NCBI GenBank assembly: GCA_949292375.1 | Contig: CASEZG010000001.1 | Coordinates: 131,811 to 195,810 of the forward strand | From: an uncultured Pseudomonadota bacterium | Lineage (GTDB): Bacteria > Pseudomonadota > Alphaproteobacteria > RF32 > CAG-239 | Length of the DNA: 64,000 nt | Direction: 5' to 3' | Shown here: piece by piece, positions 37,173 through 46,509 of the stretch | How positions within the stretch are numbered: position 1 is the stretch's first letter | How the letters are laid out: each line of letters starts with the position of its first letter | Position numbers and translations under genes: made by a program | The notes under the pieces: model-generated | Seen by the model: the letters and a program-made list of their open reading frames with translations, nothing else | Databases searched by the model: none | What the model was told of the DNA's origin: nothing

Positions 37173-37182
37173 GATATTAGAG

Positions 37183-37210
37183 AAAGGGCAGATTAGTTTC
37201 TGCCTTTTTT
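37183..37210 (+). terminator. Terminator after trxA
   Basis: aaagggcaga-ttagtt-tctgcctttttt. Confidence 0.8.
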
Positions 37211-37263
37211 ATGAACTTTTATACAATCAAAAGTTTATTTATTAAAAATAACTATGAAATAAG

Positions 37264-37292
37264 TTGCTTTAAATATATTTGTATATTATAGT
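37264..37292 (+). promoter_or_regulatory. Candidate sigma70 promoter upstream of the structured RNA
   Basis: TTGCTT-17 nt-TATAGT; a second candidate, TTGCAA...TATATT, lies at 37309-37338. Confidence 0.4.
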
Positions 37293-37396
37293 TCTTTGTA
37301 ACAAATGGTTGCAAAGCAACTTAAAGTGTGTTTATATTAGGAGTGTATGGAAGTTCAATGCAACTTTCAGTATTCTCAAAAGCGAGAATCGGAGCG

Positions 37397-37578
37397 GTAA
37401 GAGGCTTTTACAAGCAGCGGGCGGTATTGATGACGATTGTATCGTGTCAATACCGTTACTGGTATGGACCGGTTGTTCTGCAAGTTATGTGGAAAATCGT
37501 GGTATCTCTGTAACGGAAGGTTTGCTTTCGTTTCAGAACTATCGCTGCTTAGTACTCTTACATACTGCGATTTTCCAC
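37397..37578 (+). ncRNA. Candidate structured ncRNA of unknown family
   Basis: Six nested stems plus a 17-bp non-nested pairing; all non-Watson-Crick stem pairs are G-U on the + strand. Confidence 0.6.
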
Positions 37579-37585
37579 CTCTTGA

Positions 37586-39070
37586 CTAGCAGCAGAGTTC
37601 TTCAATGATTTTGTTTAAAACCGCAAAGCCTTTTGATGTTGCTTTGAGGTTGTTTTTTGTTTCCGTTAAAAAGCCTTCAGAAATAAGATGTTGTAGATTT
37701 TTTGTGTTGATTGTTTCAGCAAAAGTTAAGCCGCAATTTTCAAAAAATCGTTGTTTGTTTATGCCCTGATTAAGCCGTAAACCCATAATGATTAATTCTT
37801 CAGCGCGTTCCTGTGCCGTGAGCTCTTCTATGTTTAAATGATGCGTGGTGGCATAAATTTTGCCCTCAGACATAAATCTTCCGTGGGCGGATTTGCCAAT
37901 GCCTATATAATCATCTCCTTCCCAATAAAGCAGATTATGTTTGCAAGGCAGTCCATAGTTTGAAACTTCGTATTGCGGATAGCCGTTGGTGTTAAGATAA
38001 TCGTTGGTGAAGGCATACATCTGAACAGCAGCCTCATCTTCTAAGGCACGTACGCCTTTGGCCGCAAAAACCGTACCTTCTTCAATGGTTAATTGATATA
38101 GGGAAATGTGCTTAAAACCAAAATTTGTTGCTTGTTTCAGCTCTTGTTTCCATTCTTCCAAGCTTTGCTGTGGACGGGCATAAATCAAATCCATAGAATG
38201 ATTGTCAAAGATATTTAAGACTTCATCTATGGCTTTTTGAGCTTGTTTGAGGTTATGTGTGCGGCCTAAGAATCGTAAGTCTTTGTCATTTAGAGCCTGA
38301 ACGCCTAAAGATAACCGATTGATTCCGGCAGTTTTTAGCTCATAAAACATATTTTCTCTGTCTGAGTTGGGGTTGGCTTCCAGACTAATCTCTATATCTG
38401 AACGAATCTGCCATTTTTTAGCAATGAAGTTGATGATTTTTTCTATGTTTTGCGGCTTAATCAGCGATGGTGTACCGCCGCCGAAAAAAATACTACTGAC
38501 AGTTTTATCTTGTGTGAACCGATGATAATATTCTAAGTCTTGCAAATAGCCGTCTATTATTTCTTCTTGTGCTACATCCTTTTTGACTTCCTTATAAAAG
38601 TCGCAATAAGGGCAACGAGATAGGCAAAACGGCCAGTGGATATAAACTCCGAAAGGTTTTAAAACTCGTCTGGTGGGCAACTGCTTGGGCAATCCGGTGC
38701 TCACATCCTCATGTACATTAGAGTACATTCCGGTGTTGCGCTCCGTGTCGTCCGGCGCATTTCCCTCACCAGCCGAGTTTTGGAAAGTGGAGGCGGGTAG
38801 CTGCTTGGGCAATCCGGTGCTTTTATTCTCATGTACATTAGAGTACATTCCGGTGTTGTGCTCCGTGTCGTCCGGCGCATTTCCCTCACCAGCCGAGTTT
38901 TGGAAAGTGGAGGCGGGTAACTGCTTGGGCAATCCGGTGCTTTTATTCTCATGTACATTAGAGTACATTCCGGTGTTGCGCTCCGTGTCGTCCGGCGCAT
39001 TTCCCTCACCAGCCGAGTTTTGGAAAGCGGAGGCGGGTAACTGCTTGGGCAATCCGGCATTCATATCCAC
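37586..39070 (-). CDS. hemW: Radical SAM heme chaperone HemW (HemN-like) with repeat-derived N-terminal extension
   Basis: YIHWPFCLSRCPYCDF, FFGGGTPS, EANP, RLSLGVQ, DLIYARP, SLYQLTIE, YEVSNY and HNLLYW; start codon uncertain. Confidence 0.9.
   Translation of the reverse strand: MDMNAGLPKQLPASAFQNSAGEGNAPDDTERNTGMYSNVHENKSTGLPKQLPASTFQNSAGEGNAPDDTEHNTGMYSNVHENKSTGLPKQLPASTFQNSAGEGNAPDDTERNTGMYSNVHEDVSTGLPKQLPTRRVLKPFGVYIHWPFCLSRCPYCDFYKEVKKDVAQEEIIDGYLQDLEYYHRFTQDKTVSSIFFGGGTPSLIKPQNIEKIINFIAKKWQIRSDIEISLEANPNSDRENMFYELKTAGINRLSLGVQALNDKDLRFLGRTHNLKQAQKAIDEVLNIFDNHSMDLIYARPQQSLEEWKQELKQATNFGFKHISLYQLTIEEGTVFAAKGVRALEDEAAVQMYAFTNDYLNTNGYPQYEVSNYGLPCKHNLLYWEGDDYIGIGKSAHGRFMSEGKIYATTHHLNIEELTAQERAEELIIMGLRLNQGINKQRFFENCGLTFAETINTKNLQHLISEGFLTETKNNLKATSKGFAVLNKIIEELCC
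38657..39057. repeat. RPE-1-like palindromic element amplified as a 120-bp tandem array (3 units plus a partial)
   Basis: Near-identical units start at 38681, 38801 and 38921 with a partial at 39041; one complete palindrome spans 38657-38786. Confidence 0.92.
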
Positions 39071-39079
39071 GACCTATGT

Positions 39080-40390
39080 TTATAAAATGAACTTGGATAA
39101 ATCAGAGGCTTCGGTATATTTTGCCAGTTTTTCCTCAACCATCTGCGCGGTTATTACTTCTTTTTCACCACTGCGGTCAGATGCCGTATAACTGATATCT
39201 TCCAGCAAAATTTCCAGAACCGTATGTAATCTTCTTGCTCCGATGTTTTCGACATTTTCATTGATGGCAACGGCAATGTCTGCAATTTTATCAATAGCTT
39301 CTTTTTCAAATTCTAAATCAAAATTTTCGGTCTTCATCAAGGCGACATATTGTTCTATCAAATTTGCTTCCGGCTCGGTTAAGATACGTACAAAGTCCTC
39401 ATGTGTTAAGGCTTTTAGTTCAACACGTATCGGCAAGCGTCCTTGAAGTTCCGGCAATAAATCTGAAGGTTTGGAAAGATGAAATGCACCGGAGCAGATA
39501 AACAAGATATGGTCAGTTTTAACCATACCGTATTTAGTGCTTACGGTTGTTCCCTCAATCAGCGGCAAGAGGTCTCTTTGGACGCCTTCGCGTGAAACAT
39601 CGCTGCCACGGCGGTCATCTTTGCCGGCAATCTTATCTATCTCATCAATAAAGACTATGCCATCATTTTCTACGGTTTTGATGGCTGTTTGAATAATAGT
39701 ATCATTATCCAAAAGTTTGTCACATTCTTCTTCCATCAAAACTTTGTAGGCATCGCCAACCGTCATCTTACGTGTTTTATATTTGTCGCCGAATGGTTTG
39801 CCTAATAAATCTCCTAAATTTAGCATTCCCATTTGTGCGCCGGGCATTCCCGGAATATCTATGGTCGGCATAGAGGGGTTGCTGTTATCGATAACCGCAA
39901 TTTCAATTTCTCGGTCATTGAGCTGATTTTCTCTTAAGAGTTTGCGGAACTTTTCTTTAGTTTCTTCTCTTGCCGATGCTCCGACCAAGGCCTCCAAAAC
40001 TCTTTCTTCTGCGCCGATTTCGGCTTTGGCGGCAACACTTTTGCGCAAGTCTTTTTTGGTGGAAGCAATGGCGATTTCTACCAAATCGCGGATGATGGAT
40101 TCAACATCTCGTCCAACATAGCCGATTTCGGTGAATTTTGTGGCCTCTACTTTGATAAAAGGTGCTTTTGCCAGTTTTGCCAATCGGCGAGAGATTTCGG
40201 TCTTGCCGACACCCGTTGGTCCGACCATTAAGATATTTTTGGGTACAATCTCTTCGCGCAAATGTTCGGAAACCTGCATTCTTCTCCAACGATTTCTCAA
40301 AGCAATTGCAACGGCTTTTTTGGCTTCGTTTTGACCGACAATAAAACGGTCCAGTTCTGATACAATCTCTCTTGGGCTGAAATTGGCCAT
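39080..40390 (-). CDS. hslU: ATP-dependent protease ATPase HslU
   Basis: [40 protein letters not shown] and NIGARRL. Confidence 0.97.
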   Translation of the reverse strand: MANFSPREIVSELDRFIVGQNEAKKAVAIALRNRWRRMQVSEHLREEIVPKNILMVGPTGVGKTEISRRLAKLAKAPFIKVEATKFTEIGYVGRDVESIIRDLVEIAIASTKKDLRKSVAAKAEIGAEERVLEALVGASAREETKEKFRKLLRENQLNDREIEIAVIDNSNPSMPTIDIPGMPGAQMGMLNLGDLLGKPFGDKYKTRKMTVGDAYKVLMEEECDKLLDNDTIIQTAIKTVENDGIVFIDEIDKIAGKDDRRGSDVSREGVQRDLLPLIEGTTVSTKYGMVKTDHILFICSGAFHLSKPSDLLPELQGRLPIRVELKALTHEDFVRILTEPEANLIEQYVALMKTENFDLEFEKEAIDKIADIAVAINENVENIGARRLHTVLEILLEDISYTASDRSGEKEVITAQMVEEKLAKYTEASDLSKFIL

Positions 40391-40391
40391 T

Positions 40392-40916
40392 TTAATCTAC
40401 CTTTTCAATAATTACGTTGTGGTTGGTGTATACGTCAATGTCGCCGGCAATCTTCATTGCTTTATGGGCGATATCTTCCAGACTTAATCCGTTAATGTCA
40501 TATAGGGCCTTGGCTGCGGCCATGGCATAGTTGCCGCCTGACCCGATGCCGATTATTCCGTCGTCAGGTTCCATTACTTCGCCCGTGCCGGAGATGACCA
40601 GTGAAACATCTTTGTCTGCAACAATCATAAAGGCTTGGAGTTGTCTTAAATATTTATCCATCCTCCAGTCTTTAGCCAGCTCGACAGCTGCTCGTTTGAG
40701 TTGGTTGGCATGCTTTTCAAGTTTGCTTTCCAATCTTTCTATCAGGGTTATGCCATCTGCGGCGGCTCCGGCAAATCCGGCAATGATATTGCCGTTGCCG
40801 ATGCGGCGGACTTTTACGGATTTTGACTTGAAAATGACGGCTTCTCCTAATGTGGCTTGTCCGTCTCCGGCCATGACAACTTCGTTGCCTTTGCGAATGC
40901 ATAAAATTGTGGTCAT
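40392..40916 (-). CDS. hslV: ATP-dependent protease subunit HslV
   Basis: N-terminal TTI, AGDGQ, GFAG and GIGSGG. Confidence 0.96.
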   Translation of the reverse strand: MTTILCIRKGNEVVMAGDGQATLGEAVIFKSKSVKVRRIGNGNIIAGFAGAAADGITLIERLESKLEKHANQLKRAAVELAKDWRMDKYLRQLQAFMIVADKDVSLVISGTGEVMEPDDGIIGIGSGGNYAMAAAKALYDINGLSLEDIAHKAMKIAGDIDVYTNHNVIIEKVD

Positions 40917-40990
40917 AGTATTATATCCTATCTTTAAGTTTGCTTTTCTTTATGTAGGGTGCTTAAAATGATTTTGCAACAATTTAGAGT

Positions 40991-41018
40991 AAAAACCCCG
41001 CAAAATAGCGGGGCTTTT
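40991..41018 (-). terminator. Terminator of ORF 41022-43277
   Basis: aaaaaccccgc-aaaata-gcggggctttt. Confidence 0.75.
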
Positions 41019-41021
41019 GTT

Positions 41022-43277
41022 TTATTTGCGGTCTTTGGCATCCATAACAGCCGGATCTTTCGGTCCGCTGTTTTTCAGAATAGCCTCTGTCAGCGGTTTG
41101 TATTTTTGCCATGGGCTTTTTTCCGTGAAGGCTTTGCCGCAGATGGATAAACCAACAGAGCGTAAAGCCGTTTCGGTCGGGATAAATAAGTCCGGACTAT
41201 CATCGGTCTTTTTACCCTGTGTTGCAAAGCCGTTGATGGTTCCGTGCTCATCAATCAAAGCTCCGCCGATGGTTACGGTTTGAACAAAGGTATCAATGAT
41301 AATCTCTGCACCTTTTTCTTCCGAGTAGCGATAGCCGCTGACCGTTCCGGCGTTGTCTAAATAGCCTTCGCCGTTTTCAAAGCTGCCTTCAATGTCTAAC
41401 AATCCCAGAGCCAAGAAACCGCTCTTGCCGACGTCAGGCAAATCAAGGTTGAGAGAAAGCGGGGTATATTTGGTCTTTTCATCCAAGACTAACAGAGCCG
41501 TGTTTTTGCTTGGGTTGATGCGGAAGGCCGTTGCTTTCAGTTTGCCACCGTTGATTGTTTCAAGATTATATCTGTTGTTGTCCTTAACAATGAGGTCAGC
41601 TGAGGTCAAAACAAATTGTTCGGAAACAATCAAACCTGCGCCTTTTTTGCCGTTGGCATTGGTGACGCTGACAACAGAAGCTCTGACTTTATACAGATTT
41701 TCCGGCGTTAGTTTTTCGTAAGGTTCTCTGTCAATGATGCAAAGCGAGTTTCCGCTGGCAAAGAAGGCCTCTTCAGCGGCTTCTCTTTTATCTGAGTCTA
41801 TGTCAATCCAGGAATCGTCAACGATAGCCACGGTGTTGCTTTCTTCTGCGGAATGTTCTGTTATGCCTGAGGCTTCAACAATATCAATTTGTTTCTCTTC
41901 AATGCTTTCTTCTGCCGGAGGCATGATGAGAGTTTGTGTTCCGATTTCCGGCAGCATTTTGGTTTCTCCGCCATTGGAGATAACGCCGGAATCTTCAATG
42001 ATTTCGGTTACGGGTTCTTCCACAACATCTACGGTATCCAACATTACAATGTCAGTCGGAACTTCAGTTATAGTCTGGATTTCATCATAAACCTGAACGG
42101 AATCGTCAGCGGGGATTTCCAGAACTTCTTGAACAACGGGAACCATTTGGCACATTTGTATGGGTTGACCGTTTTCATCAAATTGTCCGGGGATCATGGA
42201 GCAAATATTGTAATTTTCCTCCATCGGAACGGCGGCTTGTTCGGTTAATTCCTGCAAAGTGTTAAACTCGGAGGCTTCCGCTTTCTTTATTTCTGGCTCA
42301 AATTTACATTTAATCGGGTCAGCAATTCTTTCCGCTTCTATCAGAGCCAGACGTTCCGCTTCGTGTTCGTCAGGGTGGACACGCGTTGCCAATTGCTTTT
42401 CAAATCCGGGGAGATTACGCAAGTTTGATACGGCATCGGCAAAAGCTTTTTCAACCAAACGTATTTCGGCGTTATATTCTCCTTCGTTGACTTCACCATA
42501 GCCTGTTGATGTCCCTTTCCAATAGACATTGGTTTTGGTTATGTCCATTAATCTCCAAGTAACGGTCATTTCCGAAGAACCCGTGCGGCGGTCTTCTTTT
42601 TGAGAATCGTCCCAGTCATATTCATCGCAAAGATTCATATAATAATCGGTTATTTCGGCGGTTAAAATATATTCCGGCAGAGGAGAGGGGTTGGTTTCAA
42701 GACACAAGCTTGAGGGCATTTTAACAATCGGATAGCAGTTGCCGACAATCTGGTTGAATATGGGAATAAACTGCATATCTTTTTGCATAATGCGACCTTG
42801 ATTCAAGATGGCGTCTTTTTCAAAACGACGGCAACCGAAAATGCGAAAACGATATTGTCCGAGCTTGGTCGAATAAGGGGCATATTTTTTGCCTTTTTTG
42901 ATGCGGAAGTCTACATATTCAAGGCTAATCGGAGCAAAATTTTTGCAGTCTCGGTAAACAGATTTATAGATTTCGTCATCGTAGGCTACTTCATAATTTT
43001 TTACATTCGGCTTTTTTTGTTCGCAGTTGACGCATTTTGTGGTCGGACAACTGACGCAACTTCCTCCCGGAAAAATGCTGCCGTCTTTGTCTTTGGGGTT
43101 GCAAGAGGTGCATTCTCCGCCGGGGAAAATACTGCCGTCTTTTGATGAATTTGCTTCTTCAGGCTTGAAAAAACTTCTGACATTGGCTGATGCCATATTT
43201 TCGTTGCTTATGGCAAAGATGCCACATCCTAATGCGGCTAAAAAGAAAAATGATTTAACAGCCTGTTGAATTTTCAT
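41022..43277 (-). CDS. Exported Cys-rich protein with a C-terminal degenerate trypsin-like domain
   Basis: Signal peptide; SVVSV...GAGLIV...VLTSADL...TALLVL...TIGGALIDEHGTING follows the trypsin-like layout. Confidence 0.7.
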   Translation of the reverse strand: MKIQQAVKSFFFLAALGCGIFAISNENMASANVRSFFKPEEANSSKDGSIFPGGECTSCNPKDKDGSIFPGGSCVSCPTTKCVNCEQKKPNVKNYEVAYDDEIYKSVYRDCKNFAPISLEYVDFRIKKGKKYAPYSTKLGQYRFRIFGCRRFEKDAILNQGRIMQKDMQFIPIFNQIVGNCYPIVKMPSSLCLETNPSPLPEYILTAEITDYYMNLCDEYDWDDSQKEDRRTGSSEMTVTWRLMDITKTNVYWKGTSTGYGEVNEGEYNAEIRLVEKAFADAVSNLRNLPGFEKQLATRVHPDEHEAERLALIEAERIADPIKCKFEPEIKKAEASEFNTLQELTEQAAVPMEENYNICSMIPGQFDENGQPIQMCQMVPVVQEVLEIPADDSVQVYDEIQTITEVPTDIVMLDTVDVVEEPVTEIIEDSGVISNGGETKMLPEIGTQTLIMPPAEESIEEKQIDIVEASGITEHSAEESNTVAIVDDSWIDIDSDKREAAEEAFFASGNSLCIIDREPYEKLTPENLYKVRASVVSVTNANGKKGAGLIVSEQFVLTSADLIVKDNNRYNLETINGGKLKATAFRINPSKNTALLVLDEKTKYTPLSLNLDLPDVGKSGFLALGLLDIEGSFENGEGYLDNAGTVSGYRYSEEKGAEIIIDTFVQTVTIGGALIDEHGTINGFATQGKKTDDSPDLFIPTETALRSVGLSICGKAFTEKSPWQKYKPLTEAILKNSGPKDPAVMDAKDRK

Positions 43278-43289
43278 TATTTTTATCTC

Positions 43290-44813
43290 CTAAACTTGGC
43301 GACCGGGAATGCGGCTACGCAAGGCTAAAGCTTCAGCTATATGCATCTTAAGAACTTTCGGCATATTTTGCAAGTCTGCAATTGTTCTTGCTAACCGCAA
43401 AGTGCGATGATATGCCCGTGCCGAAAGTTTGGCTTTTTCGGCAAAGCTTATTAATAGGGTTGAAGCATCGTTATCCAAGGCGGCAACTTCTTCCAGCATA
43501 TCTCCTTTGAGTTGCGCATTGGCGGTGAGTTCGGGGTGACCGAGTTGTCTGAATCTTTCTGCTTGGATTTTACGCGCTTTAATGACTCTTTCTCGGATGA
43601 TTTCTGAGCTTTCGCCTTTTTTGACATCATTCATTTCCCACGGACTGACGGCAGGAACCTCGATATGGATGTCTATGCGGTCTAGGAGAGGACCGGAGAT
43701 TTTGGCTTGGTATTCTTCAGCGCATTTGGGTGCGCGACTGCAGGCCAGTGCCGGATTTCCCAGATGTCCGCAGCGGCAGGGGTTCATTGCCGCAATGAGT
43801 TGGAAACGCGCAGGATATATTGTATGTGCGTTGACTCTTGAGATGGATACATAACCGTTTTCGAGAGGTTGACGCAGGGCTTCCAGAGCCGAGCGGCTAA
43901 ACTCGGGTAGCTCGTCTAAGAACAAAACGCCGTTATGCGCCAGAGAAATTTCTCCCGGTTGTGCTTTGCGTCCGCCTCCGACCAAAGCAGGTGTCGAGGC
44001 CGAGTGGTGGGGGTCGCGGAAAGGTCTTTCAAAACAGATTTTGCTGTCTTTGAGTTCTCCGGCAACAGAATGTATGATGCTGGTTTCAAGAGCTTCTGCC
44101 GGAGTCAGCGGCGGGAGAATCGTCGGCAAGCGGGCAGCTAACATAGATTTTCCGGCTCCGGGAGGGCCTATCATTAATAAATTATGTGCGCCGGCGGCAG
44201 CAATTTCTAAGGCTTTTTTGGCGGATTCCTGACCTTTAACATCGCTCATATCCAGAGGAGATTTTGTGTCCGATGCTTTAAGAGCCGCCGGAAAAGGAAT
44301 GAGTTGCGTGCCTTTGAAATGATTGATGAGCGAAAGCAGATTTTCCGGTGCGATGATGTCTTTTAAGCCTGACCAAACAGCCTCAGAGCCATTAGCTGCC
44401 GGACAGATTAAACCTTTTTCAGTACGATTGGCTTTAATGGCAGCAGGTAAAATGCCGTTGACGGAGATTAGGCTTCCGTCTAAACCAAGTTCGCCAAGCG
44501 CAATATAGTTTGCAAGTTCTTCTTGCGGAACAATGCTCATGGCGGCCAGAAGCCCCAGAGCAACGGGTAAATCAAAGTGTGAGCCCTCTTTGAGTAAATC
44601 AGCCGGAGCCAAGTTTATGGTGATGCGTTTGGCGGGCAGGCTTAAACCAAGTGATTGGAGTGCGGCGCGAACACGTTCTTTACTTTCGGCTACGGCTTTG
44701 TCGGGTAAGCCAACAATCGTAAAAGCGGGTAAACCTGAGGAGATTTGCACTTGCAAATCGACATCCAGAATGTCTAAACCATTAAAAGCAACCGTATTGA
44801 CCCGAGATAACAT
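43290..44813 (-). CDS. comM: ComM/YifB Mg-chelatase-like AAA+ ATPase
   Basis: IVGLPDKAVAESKERV, GPPGAGKSMLA, PHHSAS, GEISLAHNGVLFLDE and ARTIADL. Confidence 0.93.
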   Translation of the reverse strand: MLSRVNTVAFNGLDILDVDLQVQISSGLPAFTIVGLPDKAVAESKERVRAALQSLGLSLPAKRITINLAPADLLKEGSHFDLPVALGLLAAMSIVPQEELANYIALGELGLDGSLISVNGILPAAIKANRTEKGLICPAANGSEAVWSGLKDIIAPENLLSLINHFKGTQLIPFPAALKASDTKSPLDMSDVKGQESAKKALEIAAAGAHNLLMIGPPGAGKSMLAARLPTILPPLTPAEALETSIIHSVAGELKDSKICFERPFRDPHHSASTPALVGGGRKAQPGEISLAHNGVLFLDELPEFSRSALEALRQPLENGYVSISRVNAHTIYPARFQLIAAMNPCRCGHLGNPALACSRAPKCAEEYQAKISGPLLDRIDIHIEVPAVSPWEMNDVKKGESSEIIRERVIKARKIQAERFRQLGHPELTANAQLKGDMLEEVAALDNDASTLLISFAEKAKLSARAYHRTLRLARTIADLQNMPKVLKMHIAEALALRSRIPGRQV

Positions 44814-44819
44814 GGCTTT

Positions 44820-45155
44820 TTACCATCGGGGTGTTCTTTCCCCATTACGCCAACGCCGTGTGGGAAAAGTTTCTTTGGTTAAGCGGTCGTATTTTGCAAC
44901 CTTGTAGGGAATGTCGCGCAGGCGAACATAGTTTCGTTCTTCAAAATAGGTTGCGCAAGTTTCTGCCGAGGCATGTTTACTATCTCTGCAAATGATGATT
45001 ATTCTGGTTTTGAGATGTTGCAATTTTATCTCTTCTCCCATAGATAAAAAGGTTTCATTGGAGAGAGAGGCATTATTGCGTGGTTCGGCAGTGTTTGAGC
45101 AACTACCTAAAATGACAGCAAAAAGTAAGGTTTTTAGTATGTTTTTGTTCCACAT
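44820..45155 (-). CDS. Putative lipoprotein
   Basis: Lipobox-like ILGSC; translationally close to comM. Confidence 0.6.
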   Translation of the reverse strand: MWNKNILKTLLFAVILGSCSNTAEPRNNASLSNETFLSMGEEIKLQHLKTRIIIICRDSKHASAETCATYFEERNYVRLRDIPYKVAKYDRLTKETFPTRRWRNGERTPRW

Positions 45156-45234
45156 GTGAGTTCTATCCTCGGCTTGCAAGTGCTTTATTGTAGGCCGAAA
45201 AAGGTTAAAATTAGGTTATCGGCACATAAAATGC

Positions 45235-45375
45235 TTGCAAAATTAAAGTTTTAGAGTATATTCGCAATCGTCCCTTGCCGCAGGAGTCCGAATTATAATA
45301 AAGACAAAAGCTTGCGGCTATACAAGAACCCGGCTCTTTATTGAGCCATTTGTTGAGAATCCATAAGGAGATATT
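45235..45375 (+). promoter_or_regulatory. rpsF promoter and structured leader (probable S6:S18 autoregulatory leader)
   Basis: TTGCAA-17-TATATT; leader begins tcccttg (CCC motif, can pair with aaggag RBS); hairpins gccgcagg/cttgcggc and ggctc/gagcc. Confidence 0.55.
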
Positions 45376-45379
45376 TTAG

Positions 45380-45712
45380 ATGTCTAATTACGAAAGCGTG
45401 CTGATTGCACGTCAAGACCTCGGTACTTCTCAAGTTAACAACATTGTTTCTGAATTGAGCGATGTTATTAAGAAAGAAGGCGGTGAGGTTGTTAAAGTTG
45501 ATAACTGGGGTTTGAAGAACCTGGCTTATCGTATTAAGAAAAACCGCAAAGGCCACTATGTTTTGATGAATATCTCTGCTCCGGCTAACGCTATTGCAGA
45601 ATTTGAAAGAATCATGAGATTCAACGAAGATATCATCCGCTACATGACTGTTAAGGTTGAAGAATTTAATGACCTTTCTTCTTCCGAAGACAGAGAAACT
45701 GTAGAAGAATAG
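45380..45712 (+). CDS. rpsF: 30S ribosomal protein S6
   Basis: [10 protein letters not shown] and [18 protein letters not shown]. Confidence 0.97.
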   Translation: MSNYESVLIARQDLGTSQVNNIVSELSDVIKKEGGEVVKVDNWGLKNLAYRIKKNRKGHYVLMNISAPANAIAEFERIMRFNEDIIRYMTVKVEEFNDLSSSEDRETVEE

Positions 45713-45722
45713 GAGAAATATA

Positions 45723-45950
45723 ATGGCTAAACAAGTATTTTTCAGAAGAAAGAAAGCATGTCCGTTTTCCGGTGAAGACGGCTTGAAGATTGACTATAAG
45801 GATGTTAAATTGCTCTCCCGTTATATTTCGGAAAAAGGCAAGATTATTCCTAGCCGTATTACGGCCGTTTCAGCTAAAAAACAAAGAGAACTGGCCCGCG
45901 CTATCAAACGCGCACGCTATTTGGCTCTGCTTCCCTATGTTGCGGCTTAA
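45723..45950 (+). CDS. rpsR: 30S ribosomal protein S18
   Basis: [15 protein letters not shown] and [13 protein letters not shown]. Confidence 0.97.
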   Translation: MAKQVFFRRKKACPFSGEDGLKIDYKDVKLLSRYISEKGKIIPSRITAVSAKKQRELARAIKRARYLALLPYVAA

Positions 45951-45961
45951 GGAGAAATACG

Positions 45962-46447
45962 ATGGAAGTTATCCTTTTAGAACATGTTGAAAAATTGGGT
46001 AAAATGGGCGACAAAGTTACCGTTAAAAACGGTTATGCCCGTAACTACCTCTTGCCTCAGAACAAAGCTTTGCGTGCTACAGAAGCAAACGTTGCTTTCT
46101 ATGAGAAGAAAAAAGCTGAGTTAGAAGCTCATAATAAGGCTTTGTTTGACGAAGCTACCAAAAAGGCTGAAGCTCTTCAGGGATATAGTGCTGTTTTGGT
46201 TCGTCAGGCTGCTGAAACCGGACAATTGTACGGTTCTGTTACCATTCGTGACATTGCCGCTGCCATTAAAGCTTCCGGCTTTGATGTTGAGCGTCGTTGC
46301 GTTTATTTGGAAAAGCCGATTAAAGACCTCGGTATTTATCAGGTTAAATTGAACTTGCATCCGGAAGTATCTCAGACGATTTTGGTTAACGTTGCCAGAA
46401 CCGAAGATGATGCTAAGAAGCAGGAAAAGGCTTATAACAAAGAATAG
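45962..46447 (+). CDS. rplI: 50S ribosomal protein L9
   Basis: MEVILLE, GYARNYLLP, LYGSVT and LHPEV. Confidence 0.97.
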   Translation: MEVILLEHVEKLGKMGDKVTVKNGYARNYLLPQNKALRATEANVAFYEKKKAELEAHNKALFDEATKKAEALQGYSAVLVRQAAETGQLYGSVTIRDIAAAIKASGFDVERRCVYLEKPIKDLGIYQVKLNLHPEVSQTILVNVARTEDDAKKQEKAYNKE

Positions 46448-46469
46448 TTTTGTCATAAAGCTATGCAAT

Positions 46470-46501
46470 AAAAAAGACCGACTGAAAAGCCGGTCTTTTT
46501 T
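46470..46501. terminator. Bidirectional terminator between rplI and ftsK
   Basis: aaaaaagaccg...cggtctttttt. Confidence 0.85.
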
Positions 46502-46509
46502 ATTATGTT

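Noticed and set aside
37397-37578. tmRNA, RNase P, 6S, SRP or lysine riboswitch identity for the structured RNA
   Set aside because: GCT GCT TAG at 37544 is not preceded by an ANDN-like tag; there is no GAGGAAAGUCC, tRNA-like end or SRP loop; the fold is branched rather than rod-like; no downstream gene lies on the same strand.
37279-37608. 109-aa + strand ORF
   Set aside because: Non-ATG start, no RBS, no recognisable protein features; the region is better explained by RNA structure.
38681-39057. CRISPR array
   Set aside because: The whole 120-bp unit repeats, with no unique spacers and no cas genes.
38673-39191. Alternative-frame ORFs over the repeat array (172 aa on +, 119 aa on -)
   Set aside because: Stop-free frames are a by-product of a repeat whose length is a multiple of three.
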